A DNA stretch of 64,000 bases from Nitrospirales bacterium (GTDB lineage: Bacteria > Nitrospirota > Nitrospiria > Nitrospirales > UBA8639): positions 416,001 to 480,000 of the forward strand of contig OY729426.1 in assembly GCA_963422365.1 (NCBI GenBank). Direction: 5' to 3'. A program made the position numbers and the translations under genes. The notes beneath the pieces are model-generated. The model was given only the letters and a program-made list of their open reading frames with translations. It had not been told where the DNA came from and ran no database searches. Numbering within the stretch: the stretch's first letter is position 1; each line of letters opens with the position of its first letter. Below, piece after piece: positions 40,518 to 49,704 of this stretch.

Positions 40518-40653
40518 TAATCTTCCGCGTTGCACGTACTCGCTCTTCCGTCGCCGGCACGCTTGCCGCATAACAACGTTCAACGAGGCCTAGACGGCGT
40601 TCGCCTCTTGCCTTACACAGCCCGATGACCGTGACAATGGAGAAACACGTCCC

Positions 40654-43600
40654 TCATCCAATGGGTTCCCATGTGGCATCGGGATGATAGCGATGAAACA
40701 CAAAGGTATGTGGATCGAGGGCCAAGAGATTGAGCCATTGGTTCTGGAAGAGTTGCTGCAGGATCGCATGCTTCTGAATGATGGACGCGATTCGACTCGG
40801 CGGCGCTTCAATAATACCCAGAAGCCGCATCGGTTCGTGATAATGGACGTCACCGTCGTTGACCGTCTGTAAGGGAAATCCTATCTGCAAATCACTCTGG
40901 CTTCCCAACATCACCCCCACGCCCGACACGACGTTGTGGATCACCTTACTCCCACTTCCATAGTGCCACGGATCAACGGCGGAAAAGTAATATCCGGTGT
41001 TAATCCACTCTCCGACGATCAATGGGGCCGTCATGATTTTTTCGAGATTGTTTCCCTCCGCGTCGGCAAGCGGATCATAGGAATGTAAGAAGACGCGACC
41101 GCCTAAATTCAGGCCTTTGGTCAGGCTTCGACGCCCGATTAAAAAAGCCGCATTGCCGGCCAGCCCCCATTCCGGTCGAGGATTGGCCCAATCGCGGCTG
41201 CGTTCCTCGACGTGAGCCAACGCCTGTTGAGGAGAAATCCCGGTCGGCGCGCTTGGAATGCGATGACATCGTTCCAATGCTTGGGTCATGCCCGCTTGTT
41301 CCAAATCCCGGCTCAACACCTGTACATCCTCCGTATGACTCTCGGGCAAGTCTTGCAGATCATAAAACGTGACCCGATCAGTGGTGGTATTGTGCTTGGC
41401 CGGCAGAAACCAGGTATCCTCAGGAATGGGCAATCCCTTTTCGTTGAGGATGCGCCGAACCTCCGGTTCGTTGGCCATGGCCGCAAACACGCGTGCGTTG
41501 GCGTCCCCGGGGTTGCCTCCGCAGGCCCCGCAATCCAATGCCGCGAAATATGGATTGTTGTCCGTCTGACTTCCATGCCCACAGAGCACGACTAGCCGAC
41601 CGTAGTTCCGGGTCAACCCCATGACCCGAAGCCCATTCTCGATGAAGGTGGCCCGCTCGGTAAGGGAGAACCCTTGTGCGAGCCCAGCGGAATCCCTTCG
41701 GGCTTCATCTCTCCCCATTGGGGATTGCCTGGATCGGACGGTGAAGACACCGAGATCTGTGTCGGAACCGGACGGGGAACCCCTCCTTGAAGTTTTGATT
41801 GAATCGCATGGAACGCTTTGGGAATCAGCGTTTTGCCGATTAACCCGAGACTAAAGAAAAACCCCAGCACGTCAATCAGCATCATCGACCCGACGGGATT
41901 ATGTTTTAGATCGTGAAAGAGATGACGACCCAGTTGCTGCCATTGCGCCCCGGTCGAATATTGCTGCAAGGCGCGTTCTTCGCCGAGTCGAGGAATTTCC
42001 GTTACCGCATGGTTGGGAGAAAGTAACACCGGGCATAAGGCAGACCGTTCCTCGCTATCAAAGGCTTGATGACTGATAGGAATACCGAAAAACCCGGCGA
42101 ACCCAAGCGTTTCATACGGACCCTGCGCCTCGACGTGTCGACGGAACGATTCCGATCGGACATCAATGCAGCACACGAGTTGTGCGCGCGGGCGAGTGCC
42201 GAGTGGCGGCACCGTTCCGCGATGGGCCGAAAGTTTTTGGATGATCTCGCCTAGAAAGGCATCTTCATACGCTTCAAGCCACACCGGGCCGTGCCGATCC
42301 AGGGGAAAGACATCCAGCCATCCTAATACCATTCGCGCCTCAGCCACGGAAAGATCGGTCATCTCGAGAGGTGACAGCTCCAAAATTTGAGCAAGGTGAA
42401 ACAGCCGCCAGGCATCACGGCAGATCGCCTGTTCCGCGGCATCGACCGCATGCGTGCCTTCCCCCATTCGGTTCTTGTATTCATCCGGACGATCCTGCCA
42501 GTAGGCGATCAGCGCCGAAACGTTTCCGTCAATCCCCCATTCTCGCTGACAGGCCACATGCGTCAATTCGGATTCATAAAACACACGCACCGCCAGATAC
42601 TGAACGGCATCAACAGGGTGTTTTTGTTGCGCGTGATACGCGGGATTCGTCTCAAGCCAACGAACGTATCGCGTCCAACCCGGCAATTGGGATAACTGCC
42701 GTGAGAGGTAATCGCTCCAGAGCTCCTGTGGAATGCCCAGACGATGCAGACTCGACACAATCGCATCCTCAGGCTCAGGCGGAAGATTGTTGACTTTCTC
42801 CCGTAAATCTCGAATGCCCAAAAAGCGGCTGGACCGATCGCGTTGCGCAAGCTCTCGCCAAGCCGCATAGAATCCCCCGTGCCTGCAGGGCATTTCCCAT
42901 CCGGCTAATCCTTCATCGACAAACGCCGCAAACCATTTGATGAGTTGGTTATTGATCTGTTCGACCAAGTCCGTTCCAGCCAAGACATCCACCCAATCGC
43001 TGGTGGTTTGCTGAGACGGCAAGGCAATGTCGATGGAAGCGCGTGGCCCCTCTGACACGTTTAGGCTTGCATGCCCGGCGGCGTGGTCGCCGGACAGAGC
43101 ATCGGACAGCCCTAATGCCGACAATATGGCTTGCCACAGCTTCGCAAGATACGCCTCCTCGGGATGATCCCGACATTGCTCACACTCTCGGAGCATTCGC
43201 TCGATGATGCGTTGTCTGGATTCGTCTGAAAGGTCGTGGCGAAATCGTTTCGTGGCTCCATCACCGCCGAGTTCCCATTGCAGCAGGGCGGGCTCCAACG
43301 CCTCAAATCCAAACACCACATGCCCATGCCACACCTCATCGACCGTGATCCGACGACTCCCGACCGTAATCGCCTGTTGTGTGTCCTGTCGAGGGCCCAT
43401 TCGCGCTAAGGCCCGGTTGAGACTGTCGCGGGTGATGCGTCCCGCTCGATAAAACCGACGATACTCTTCATTAGGCAAGTACCCATTTCCACCAAGAAGC
43501 TGTTTGCCTTTTTGAACGGCCTGATCAAAGGGAAGATATTCGAATCCGTGCAAGGGATTTTGGGCAACCATGACTTGCATGGGCCAAAAGGGTGGAATCG

Positions 43601-43679
43601 GTTCGCTAGCCTGGGCAACCGTCTGGCGGAGCAGATCGCGTTCTTCTTGGGAAATCGCATGCATCGACGTGGTGCTCAT
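40654..43679 (-). CDS. dabA: DabA / MpsB (DUF2309, UPF0753) beta-carbonic-anhydrase-like inorganic carbon transporter subunit; 1-nt frameshift near 41684
   Basis: 'PPFWP..VAQNPLHGFE', 'LPGW', Zn ligands 'CIDVRSE', 'GHGS' and 'DCGAC', plus 'RPEWGLA' and 'HEPMRL'. The two ORFs join if one G is added (CTG GG[G] CTC GCA CAA). Confidence 0.9.
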
Positions 43680-43702
43680 AACATTGCTTGTGCCTTGCTA
43701 GG

Positions 43703-43800
43703 AAAAAACCAACCGTTTTCGTTCCATCCATCTCAGAAAAACACGGTTGGCTCGTCCTGTCACTGAACGCTTTGTCGGGAAGCCCAGCCACCACACAGCC
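43703..43800 (-). ncRNA. Conserved leader RNA, copy B, upstream of dabA
   Basis: RNA: GGCU-GUGUGGUGGCUG-GGCUUCCCGACAAAGCGUU-CAGUGACAGGACGAGCCAACCGU...ACGGUUGGUUUUUU. Ends 24 nt before the ATG. Confidence 0.75.
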
Positions 43801-43884
43801 TTCGTTCGTAGGTCAGACTCAATCCGGGACCACCTGCCTGCTTTCATGTGCATACCTGCCTCAGGGAAGCAGGGGGGGCTCTCC

Positions 43885-43914
43885 TTGACCTCTACAAAGT
43901 CATGGCTTATACCA
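43885..43914. promoter_or_regulatory. Overlapping divergent promoter candidates for dabA (minus strand, TGgTATAAG) and DUF2294 (plus strand, TTGACC-N17-TATACC)
   Basis: Sequence ttgacctctacaaagtcatggcttatacca. Confidence 0.4.
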
Positions 43915-43992
43915 TTGTTATATCAGGGACTGCAGACGGGCTCAAGAGATTTCTGGTCAGCCAAAAGCTCTTCCAACCCTGTGACCCCCCCT

Positions 43993-44364
43993 ATGAAAAA
44001 TGGATCGACCAAAGGCGAAGTTGAGACAGCCATCCGCAATGCCGTCATCAAATTCGAACAAGAATTTATGGGGCGCGGGCCGACCGAGGTCAAGGCGTTC
44101 ATCCTTCATGACATAGTCTTGGTACGGCTCAAGGGCGTCTTGACTCCAGCCGAGCGTCAACTCGCGAAAAATACTGAGGGGGTTGATATGGTCAAACGCA
44201 TGCGGCAGAACCTGATCTCACAAGGACGGGAAAGACTCTGTAGCCAAATTGCAGCCATTACCGGGACAGAAGTCACAGGCCTGTTCACCGATATCGAAAC
44301 GCACATCGGTGAGCGGATGATTGTCTTTACTCTTGAAAATGACCTCGACAATACCTCTCGCTAG
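43993..44364 (+). CDS. DUF2294 / MpsC-family protein
   Basis: 'TKGEVE..I..FEQEFMGRGP..VKAFIL.DIVLVRLKGVLTPAERQL...VKRMR'. Divergent from dabA. Confidence 0.88.
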   Translation: MKNGSTKGEVETAIRNAVIKFEQEFMGRGPTEVKAFILHDIVLVRLKGVLTPAERQLAKNTEGVDMVKRMRQNLISQGRERLCSQIAAITGTEVTGLFTDIETHIGERMIVFTLENDLDNTSR

Positions 44365-44551
44365 CCCACCACAGTCTTCACAAACATTTCCACGTTCTAT
44401 TGGCAGAAAAATCCAAAAAGGACTTCTAGCCCTCGGATAGAGGATTGAGGAAAAATTTGGACATGGAACGATACGAAAAGGGTTACGAGAGAATGTTCCC
44501 GGCGGGAAAGGGCCTAAGGATGCCTTCGGCTTTCGGAGAAAAACGAATAGC

Positions 44552-44707
44552 TTAGAAAATCTTGGCTATCAACGCACGAAATGGGTTGACAGCCGCTTCA
44601 GATTTCGCACCACTCTTAGCTTGGGAAGAAGAAACATTTTTTTCGTCTTTCTTCGGTGCTTTTTGATCACAGTGAAGACTTCTGTACAAGATACGAAATT
44701 CACTCAT
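44552..44707 (-). CDS. Small hypothetical protein (51 aa)
   Basis: SD ggaggggg precedes ATG 44707. A sigma54 promoter lies directly upstream. Confidence 0.55.
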   Translation of the reverse strand: MSEFRILYRSLHCDQKAPKKDEKNVSSSQAKSGAKSEAAVNPFRALIAKIF

Positions 44708-44753
44708 GATATCCCCCCTCCAAAGGTTTGAACAAGAACTGTTTCTGGTATGA

Positions 44754-44770
44754 AGCAAAGGAGGTGCCAA
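44754..44770 (-). promoter_or_regulatory. Sigma54 (-24/-12) promoter TTGGCACCTCCTTTGCT
   Basis: GG-N10-GC with a near-consensus TGGCAC..TTGCT. An AT-rich, IHF-like tract lies upstream (about 44800-44830). Confidence 0.7.
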
Positions 44771-45025
44771 GTTTCACAAAGGAACATCTTCAAATAAAAC
44801 TCTAAAAAAACAATTTGTTATGAATATAAAACGCTAGATCGTCCAACAATGATGAGGGAATAAGCAAAAACGCACATGCTCGGATGAGCGAAATCGCACC
44901 AAAATACTGGGAGCAACATGGCTATCATGGGCTATTAGGGCGATGGGTCTGGAAGGAAATGGGAGGAGAACGCACGCAATCCGTTACGTGCAGCTTGTCG
45001 CTCTTCAAAAAAGAATGAAGCCCCT

Positions 45026-46675
45026 CTAGCCCTTAGGCTTTACGTGAGCAGCCACGATGGAGTCAGCCATCGGGCGGTGCTGGGCCAACCCCCGAATGAA
45101 CAACTCACAACCCTTTTCTTCGAATTCGTTGGTCCATTCATAAAGTTTTGACATCACGGTGTGATCGACAAGTCGCGTCTCGGCCAGATTCAGGGTAACT
45201 GTTTTCCCTTCCTCGAGAAAGCGATGAAGATGCTTGCGCAAGGGAATCCACGTACTGAAGACGGCGGACTCTCGCACCACAATGATCGCTGAGTGATCAT
45301 CTTCATGCGTGACCTCAGCATGTAATTTGAAAAACGAGGGAATCGGTGCGCCATTCATGATGTGAATGGCGACCTTGACTCCTATTCCAATGCCGATTCC
45401 CAACAGGAGATCTGTCGCAAGCACGCCCACGATCGTGGACACAAACACAATGAACTGGTCTTTTCCCAAATGATACATATGGAGAAACTCTTGTGGAGAC
45501 GCCAACCGAAACCCCGTAAAGACCAACAACGCGCCTAAGGCCGCCAGAGGGATCTGGTTGATAATCCCTGGAATCACGGCGACGAATGCCAGCAGACACA
45601 GCCCATGAAACATGTTGGCAAATCGCGTCCTCGCCCCATTATCGATGTTCGCTTTGCTTCGAACGATCTCCGAAATCATCGGCAACCCGCCCACCAAGGC
45701 CGCCAGCGTATTGCCGAGGCCCACGGCAAGCATGTCTCGATCCAAATTCGTCTTTCGCTGCCAGGGGTCGATCTGATCGATGGCCTTCGCACTGAGTAAC
45801 GACTCAAGGCTCCCAATTAAGGCAAACATGATCACGTACTTGATTCCGATCGAAGTGGTTAACCCTGAGAAATCCGGGAACGTGAGGGCATTGAACATGT
45901 TCTTCGGAACATCCACCAAAAACTTTGTTCCTACAGCAGCCGTCTGCTCATGAACGGTGTAGGTGGCTTCTTGGCTGATATTCAAATACAGCCCCATGGG
46001 AACCGCGACGAACAACACAAGCATCGGCGCTGGAATCACTTTCCATTTGGGGTGTTTGATCAGCGTAGACCCAACCATAATGAGGAGACTCACGATCCCG
46101 ATCAAGCCAATTTTGGGATTCATCTCCATGACAAAATTCGGGATACCGGCCAACAACTCTAATGGGGTGCCTTCTGGGCTCAGCCCCATGACCACCGGAA
46201 ACTGTTTGGCGATGATGATGACCCCGATGGCTGACAATAATCCATGAATCGCCGTTGTCGGGAAAAATTCCCCAAGAATCCCGGCACGGAAGACCCCGAA
46301 CAAAATTTGAATGAGGCCTGCGGCCACCCCGACTCCAAGCGCTAACCGATAGGCTTGAAAGTCGGCAGCAGGATCCTTCCCGCCGGTAAACCCGAATTCA
46401 GTCACACACCCGATGGCGATCACGATGAGTCCAGCAGCCGGGCCTTTGATCGTGAGTTCTGAATTACTAAAGAACGTGGCCATGATGCCGCCGATAATGG
46501 CGGTAAAGATGCCGGCAATGGCAGGATACCCACACGCCAAGGCAATGCCGAGGCACAGTGGAAGCGCAATCAGAAAAACAAGAAATCCGGAAAGAAGGTC
46601 TGCCCTCCAGTTTTGCTGAAGTCCGGCAAGTGTTCCTCTCGGTATCTCTGCTCCATCAGTGTTCATGCTCGTCAC
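45026..46675 (-). CDS. SulP/SLC26-family anion (probable bicarbonate) transporter with a short STAS-like domain
   Basis: 'DLLSGFLVFLIALPLCLGIALACG', 'IKGPAAGL', 'ESLLSAKAID' and 'GGLPMISEIVRSKANI'. Confidence 0.92.
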   Translation of the reverse strand: MTSMNTDGAEIPRGTLAGLQQNWRADLLSGFLVFLIALPLCLGIALACGYPAIAGIFTAIIGGIMATFFSNSELTIKGPAAGLIVIAIGCVTEFGFTGGKDPAADFQAYRLALGVGVAAGLIQILFGVFRAGILGEFFPTTAIHGLLSAIGVIIIAKQFPVVMGLSPEGTPLELLAGIPNFVMEMNPKIGLIGIVSLLIMVGSTLIKHPKWKVIPAPMLVLFVAVPMGLYLNISQEATYTVHEQTAAVGTKFLVDVPKNMFNALTFPDFSGLTTSIGIKYVIMFALIGSLESLLSAKAIDQIDPWQRKTNLDRDMLAVGLGNTLAALVGGLPMISEIVRSKANIDNGARTRFANMFHGLCLLAFVAVIPGIINQIPLAALGALLVFTGFRLASPQEFLHMYHLGKDQFIVFVSTIVGVLATDLLLGIGIGIGVKVAIHIMNGAPIPSFFKLHAEVTHEDDHSAIIVVRESAVFSTWIPLRKHLHRFLEEGKTVTLNLAETRLVDHTVMSKLYEWTNEFEEKGCELFIRGLAQHRPMADSIVAAHVKPKG

Positions 46676-46698
46676 CCCATTTATCCTGTACGCGGCAG

Positions 46699-46799
46699 AA
46701 AAAAAGCCGGTTGCTCTTCAGGGATCATGTTCCCGAATGCTCAACCGGCTTGTACTGTCGCTGGCCTCAGACAGCCGATAACCAGCTACCCTACACACC
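46699..46799 (-). ncRNA. Conserved leader RNA, copy C, upstream of sulP
   Basis: RNA: GGUGU-GUAGGGUAGCUG-GUUAUCGGCUGUCUGAGGC-CAGCGACAGUACAAGCCGGUUG...CAACCGGCUUUUUUU. Ends 24 nt before the start. Confidence 0.8.
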
Positions 46800-46865
46800 T
46801 GCCTATTCAAAGTGAGCCATCAAACAACAAAAGTCTCACCATTTCGTTTTGTTCGATTTTGAAGA

Positions 46866-46894
46866 ATTTTATCTCGATGGCCTCTCGGGAGCAA
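46866..46894 (-). promoter_or_regulatory. Sigma70-type promoter for sulP: TTGCTC-N17-TAAAAT
   Basis: -35 at 46889-46894 and -10 at 46866-46871. Confidence 0.6.
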
Positions 46895-46935
46895 CCGTTT
46901 TTCTTTCCGCTAAAGAATTCCTCGCATGCCCAACA

Positions 46936-48372
46936 TTAAAATTGATTCGAGTTCATCCACAGATGAACGAGGATACTCGCCGCATAACCAAGCGCAATGA
47001 CCGGGGTCCATTTGAGGTGACCAAAGAACGTATACTTGCCTCGTGCCTGCCCCATCAACGCCACCCCGGCGGCTGACCCAATCGATAGCATGCTCCCCCC
47101 AACCCCGGCCGTTAAGGTCACCAACAGCCACTGCCCCTGAGACATCTCGGGATTCATCGTCAACACGGCAAACATCACCGGAATGTTATCGACGATGGCG
47201 GACAAGATCCCGACCATCGTATTCGCAAACGTGGGCCCCCATCCGACATACATCACCTGAGCCACCACCGCGAGGTAGCCGAGAAAACCCAACCCTCCCA
47301 CACACAGGACGACTCCATAGAAAAACAGCAAGGTATCCCATTCTGCACGGGCAACTTTTTGAAAGATATCGAACGGAACCACATCGCCATGAACTCCCCG
47401 AGCGTTCTTCTCACTCGAGGGTCCCAGCTCCACATATGTATTGTGCGTCTTTTTCAGGTAATATCCCCAAAATCCCAGGTAGGCCAAGCCGGTCATCATG
47501 CCCACCATGGGTGGGAGGTGAAGGAAGTTATGAAAACTCACGGCGGTACAAATGGTGAAAAAGAATAAGAGCATAATCACCTGTGCCCCCCGCTTCATGA
47601 CCACCACTTCGTCTGACGGCGCCGGTGACACCTGAGGAACGGCGAAGTGCATCAACCCGGCCGGCACGATGAAGTTGACTGCCGAGGGAACAAACAAGAG
47701 GAAAAACGTGAAAAAATCCACAATCCCTTTTTGCCACACCATCAACGTCGTGATGTCGCCAAAGGGACTGAACGCCCCACCCGCGTTGGCCGCCACGACA
47801 ATATTGACACACGCCAAACTGACGAACCGAGGATTATCTGCCCCAACCGCAAGCACCACGGCGCACATCAGCAAGGCCGTCGTCAGATTGTCCGCCACCG
47901 GCGAAATAAAGAACGCCAAGATTCCCGTGAGCCAAAACAGTTGACGATAGGTCAACCCCCTGCGCACCAACCACGATCGCAGACTTTCGAAGACCAGCCG
48001 TTCTTCCAGAGCATTGATGTACGTCATGGCGACAAGCAGAAATAACATCAATTCTGCGTATTCGAGAATATTGTGACGGAGCGCTTGCGCAACGACATGA
48101 GGATCATTGCCGGGATACGCCCAAGCCACCAACGCCCAAATGATTCCCGCAGCCAACATGACGGGTTTTGATTTTCTGAGGTGTGTAAACTCCTCGGCCA
48201 TGACCAACGCATAGGCCAGCACAAAAATACCCAGCGCGAAATACCCAATGGGTGAATGGGTCAGATCAAGCTGGGCAACTGGACCCTCCGCACCCCAACT
48301 GAGTTCAGGAAAGCCGAGCAGCAGCGCGACGCTGCTGAAGGAGAAAACGGTTATTGAGGGGTGATTCATCAT
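46936..48372 (-). CDS. nhaD: NhaD-family Na+/H+ antiporter
   Basis: 'EEFTHLRKSKP', 'FFISPVADNLTTAL', 'NAGGAFSPFGDITTLMVW', 'SAIVDNIP' and 'GGSMLSIGSAAGV'. Start set at ATG 48372. Confidence 0.92.
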   Translation of the reverse strand: MMNHPSITVFSFSSVALLLGFPELSWGAEGPVAQLDLTHSPIGYFALGIFVLAYALVMAEEFTHLRKSKPVMLAAGIIWALVAWAYPGNDPHVVAQALRHNILEYAELMLFLLVAMTYINALEERLVFESLRSWLVRRGLTYRQLFWLTGILAFFISPVADNLTTALLMCAVVLAVGADNPRFVSLACVNIVVAANAGGAFSPFGDITTLMVWQKGIVDFFTFFLLFVPSAVNFIVPAGLMHFAVPQVSPAPSDEVVVMKRGAQVIMLLFFFTICTAVSFHNFLHLPPMVGMMTGLAYLGFWGYYLKKTHNTYVELGPSSEKNARGVHGDVVPFDIFQKVARAEWDTLLFFYGVVLCVGGLGFLGYLAVVAQVMYVGWGPTFANTMVGILSAIVDNIPVMFAVLTMNPEMSQGQWLLVTLTAGVGGSMLSIGSAAGVALMGQARGKYTFFGHLKWTPVIALGYAASILVHLWMNSNQF

Positions 48373-48575
48373 GACGAGTTTGCCGTCAGCCAATTTTTGG
48401 GAAACATAGCAAAGACGGAAATCCTTTCTCAATAACTTTGGAATAGATAGACTATCTCGGAAATCGGCAGAAACAGACTTGACGAGAATCGTCAAACCCC
48501 AGGAGAGCACACGCAAAAACTTTCCCATCCCGTCGCACGGCAGGACGTTCAAAAGCGAACTGCTGAAACAGCTTG

Positions 48576-49160
48576 TTAATTCAAGGGCACTTCGATGACG
48601 AGCCCCCCCATCACATCATTAAGTTTGAAATCACGCTTTGGAGACTCGGTGTGCGCATTATGACAAGATACGCAGGCTCGACTCACGGCCCGGTCCGGAT
48701 AGATCGCCTGAAAATAGCGTTTGTGATTCAGCGTCATTTCGCCTTCCATCACCTCGCCGAATTTGACGACTTGTTCCACCATCTGCCGTTCCTGATCGGA
48801 AACGGGAGCATTTCGGGAATTGAGAGGCCAGAGACTGACTAACCGATAGCGAAACGGAGCATCTCGCAAACGAAGACTTCGAGATGCTTCGCGTAAAAAT
48901 TGGGCGGGCAAAGGCAAGGTTTTATCATTCACCCAATCTTCGGAAGCATTCACAATAAGCATGGCTTCCATACGCGCGACAACGTGCTGCGTATAAAAAG
49001 TTCGATCGGCCTCAATCACCCCGTGGAGGTAATCAGCAACGGTTCTTGCAGGAATACCCTGGACGGGAAGTCTTTGAGTACTGATGATCCATCCCAACAC
49101 AATTCCCAGCAAAAGGATCACCCCGCACAAACCGACTGTTCGTAGATTCAGGTCTTTCAT
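48576..49160 (-). CDS. DUF3365 (Tll0287-like) heme c-binding periplasmic protein
   Basis: N-terminal TM, 'LPLPAQF', 'YRLVSLWPLN..NAP', CVSCH and 'GDV/DVMGG'. Confidence 0.85.
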   Translation of the reverse strand: MKDLNLRTVGLCGVILLLGIVLGWIISTQRLPVQGIPARTVADYLHGVIEADRTFYTQHVVARMEAMLIVNASEDWVNDKTLPLPAQFLREASRSLRLRDAPFRYRLVSLWPLNSRNAPVSDQERQMVEQVVKFGEVMEGEMTLNHKRYFQAIYPDRAVSRACVSCHNAHTESPKRDFKLNDVMGGLVIEVPLN

Positions 49161-49199
49161 GTCACGAATGTTCTGAGAAAAAACCCCAGAGTTCCCAGA

Positions 49200-49614
49200 A
49201 TTGCACGTTGCGACCTTTCTTCATGAAACAGCCACACCCAAAAAGCTGCATCGAGCAAGTGACGGATGCGACTGAGATGGAGGATCCATTATACCTGAAC
49301 GGGGGCCGACTCACCAGAGGGCTGTCACGAATCCCTCACAACCTATGCAAGTCATGGGGACTCTTGACGGATCGCCTGGGCTTGCACAATCAGGCAAGCG
49401 CCTGTTCGAGCGCTTCAGTGAAATGAGCATAAAGATGGTCGGACTTTATTCGATGTCGTTCGTTAAGATCGACAAGCGTCTGCTGTGAGCGAAATGACAT
49501 CCCAACGACGAAGACGGCCACGCCGAGTCCACAAGGGGCCATGTGGTCGAACAATCAAAATCCGGTTCCGAACGGTCGGTTCAAACCGTCCACTCATTTC
49601 CCCTCACCTTCCAT
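49200..49614 (-). pseudogene. Degraded gene for a membrane-anchored helical (four-helix-bundle sensor-like) protein
   Basis: SD gagggag + ATG 49614 is followed by an early stop. Another frame gives the TM + helix segment 'CGLGVAVFVVGMSFRSQQTLVDL...'. The 3' boundary is approximate. Confidence 0.35.
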
Positions 49615-49644
49615 GATGTTCTCCCTCAATAACCCGAAAGACTC

Positions 49645-49682
49645 AAACTTGACGCTCTCTACGAAACTTGACGCTCTCTACG
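49645..49682. repeat. Perfect 19-bp tandem duplication AAACTTGACGCTCTCTACG x2
   Basis: Read directly at 49645-49663 and 49664-49682. Confidence 0.95.
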
Positions 49683-49687
49683 CAATA

Positions 49688-49704
49688 AGCAATGTGAATG
49701 CCTA
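49688..49704 (-). promoter_or_regulatory. Probable sigma54 promoter TAGGCATTCACATTGCT
   Basis: GG-N10-GC spacing. Divergent from the HK/sigma54-activator operon. Confidence 0.5.

Noticed and set aside
43747..43992. N-terminal extension of the DUF2294 ORF from TTG 43747
   Set aside because: It overlaps the dabA leader and promoters. The family-like sequence begins at ATG 43993.
48373..48575. A fourth copy of the leader motif upstream of nhaD (also checked upstream of degP and nuoA)
   Set aside because: No GURKGGU...ACAGKACRAGCC core or terminator was found by eye.
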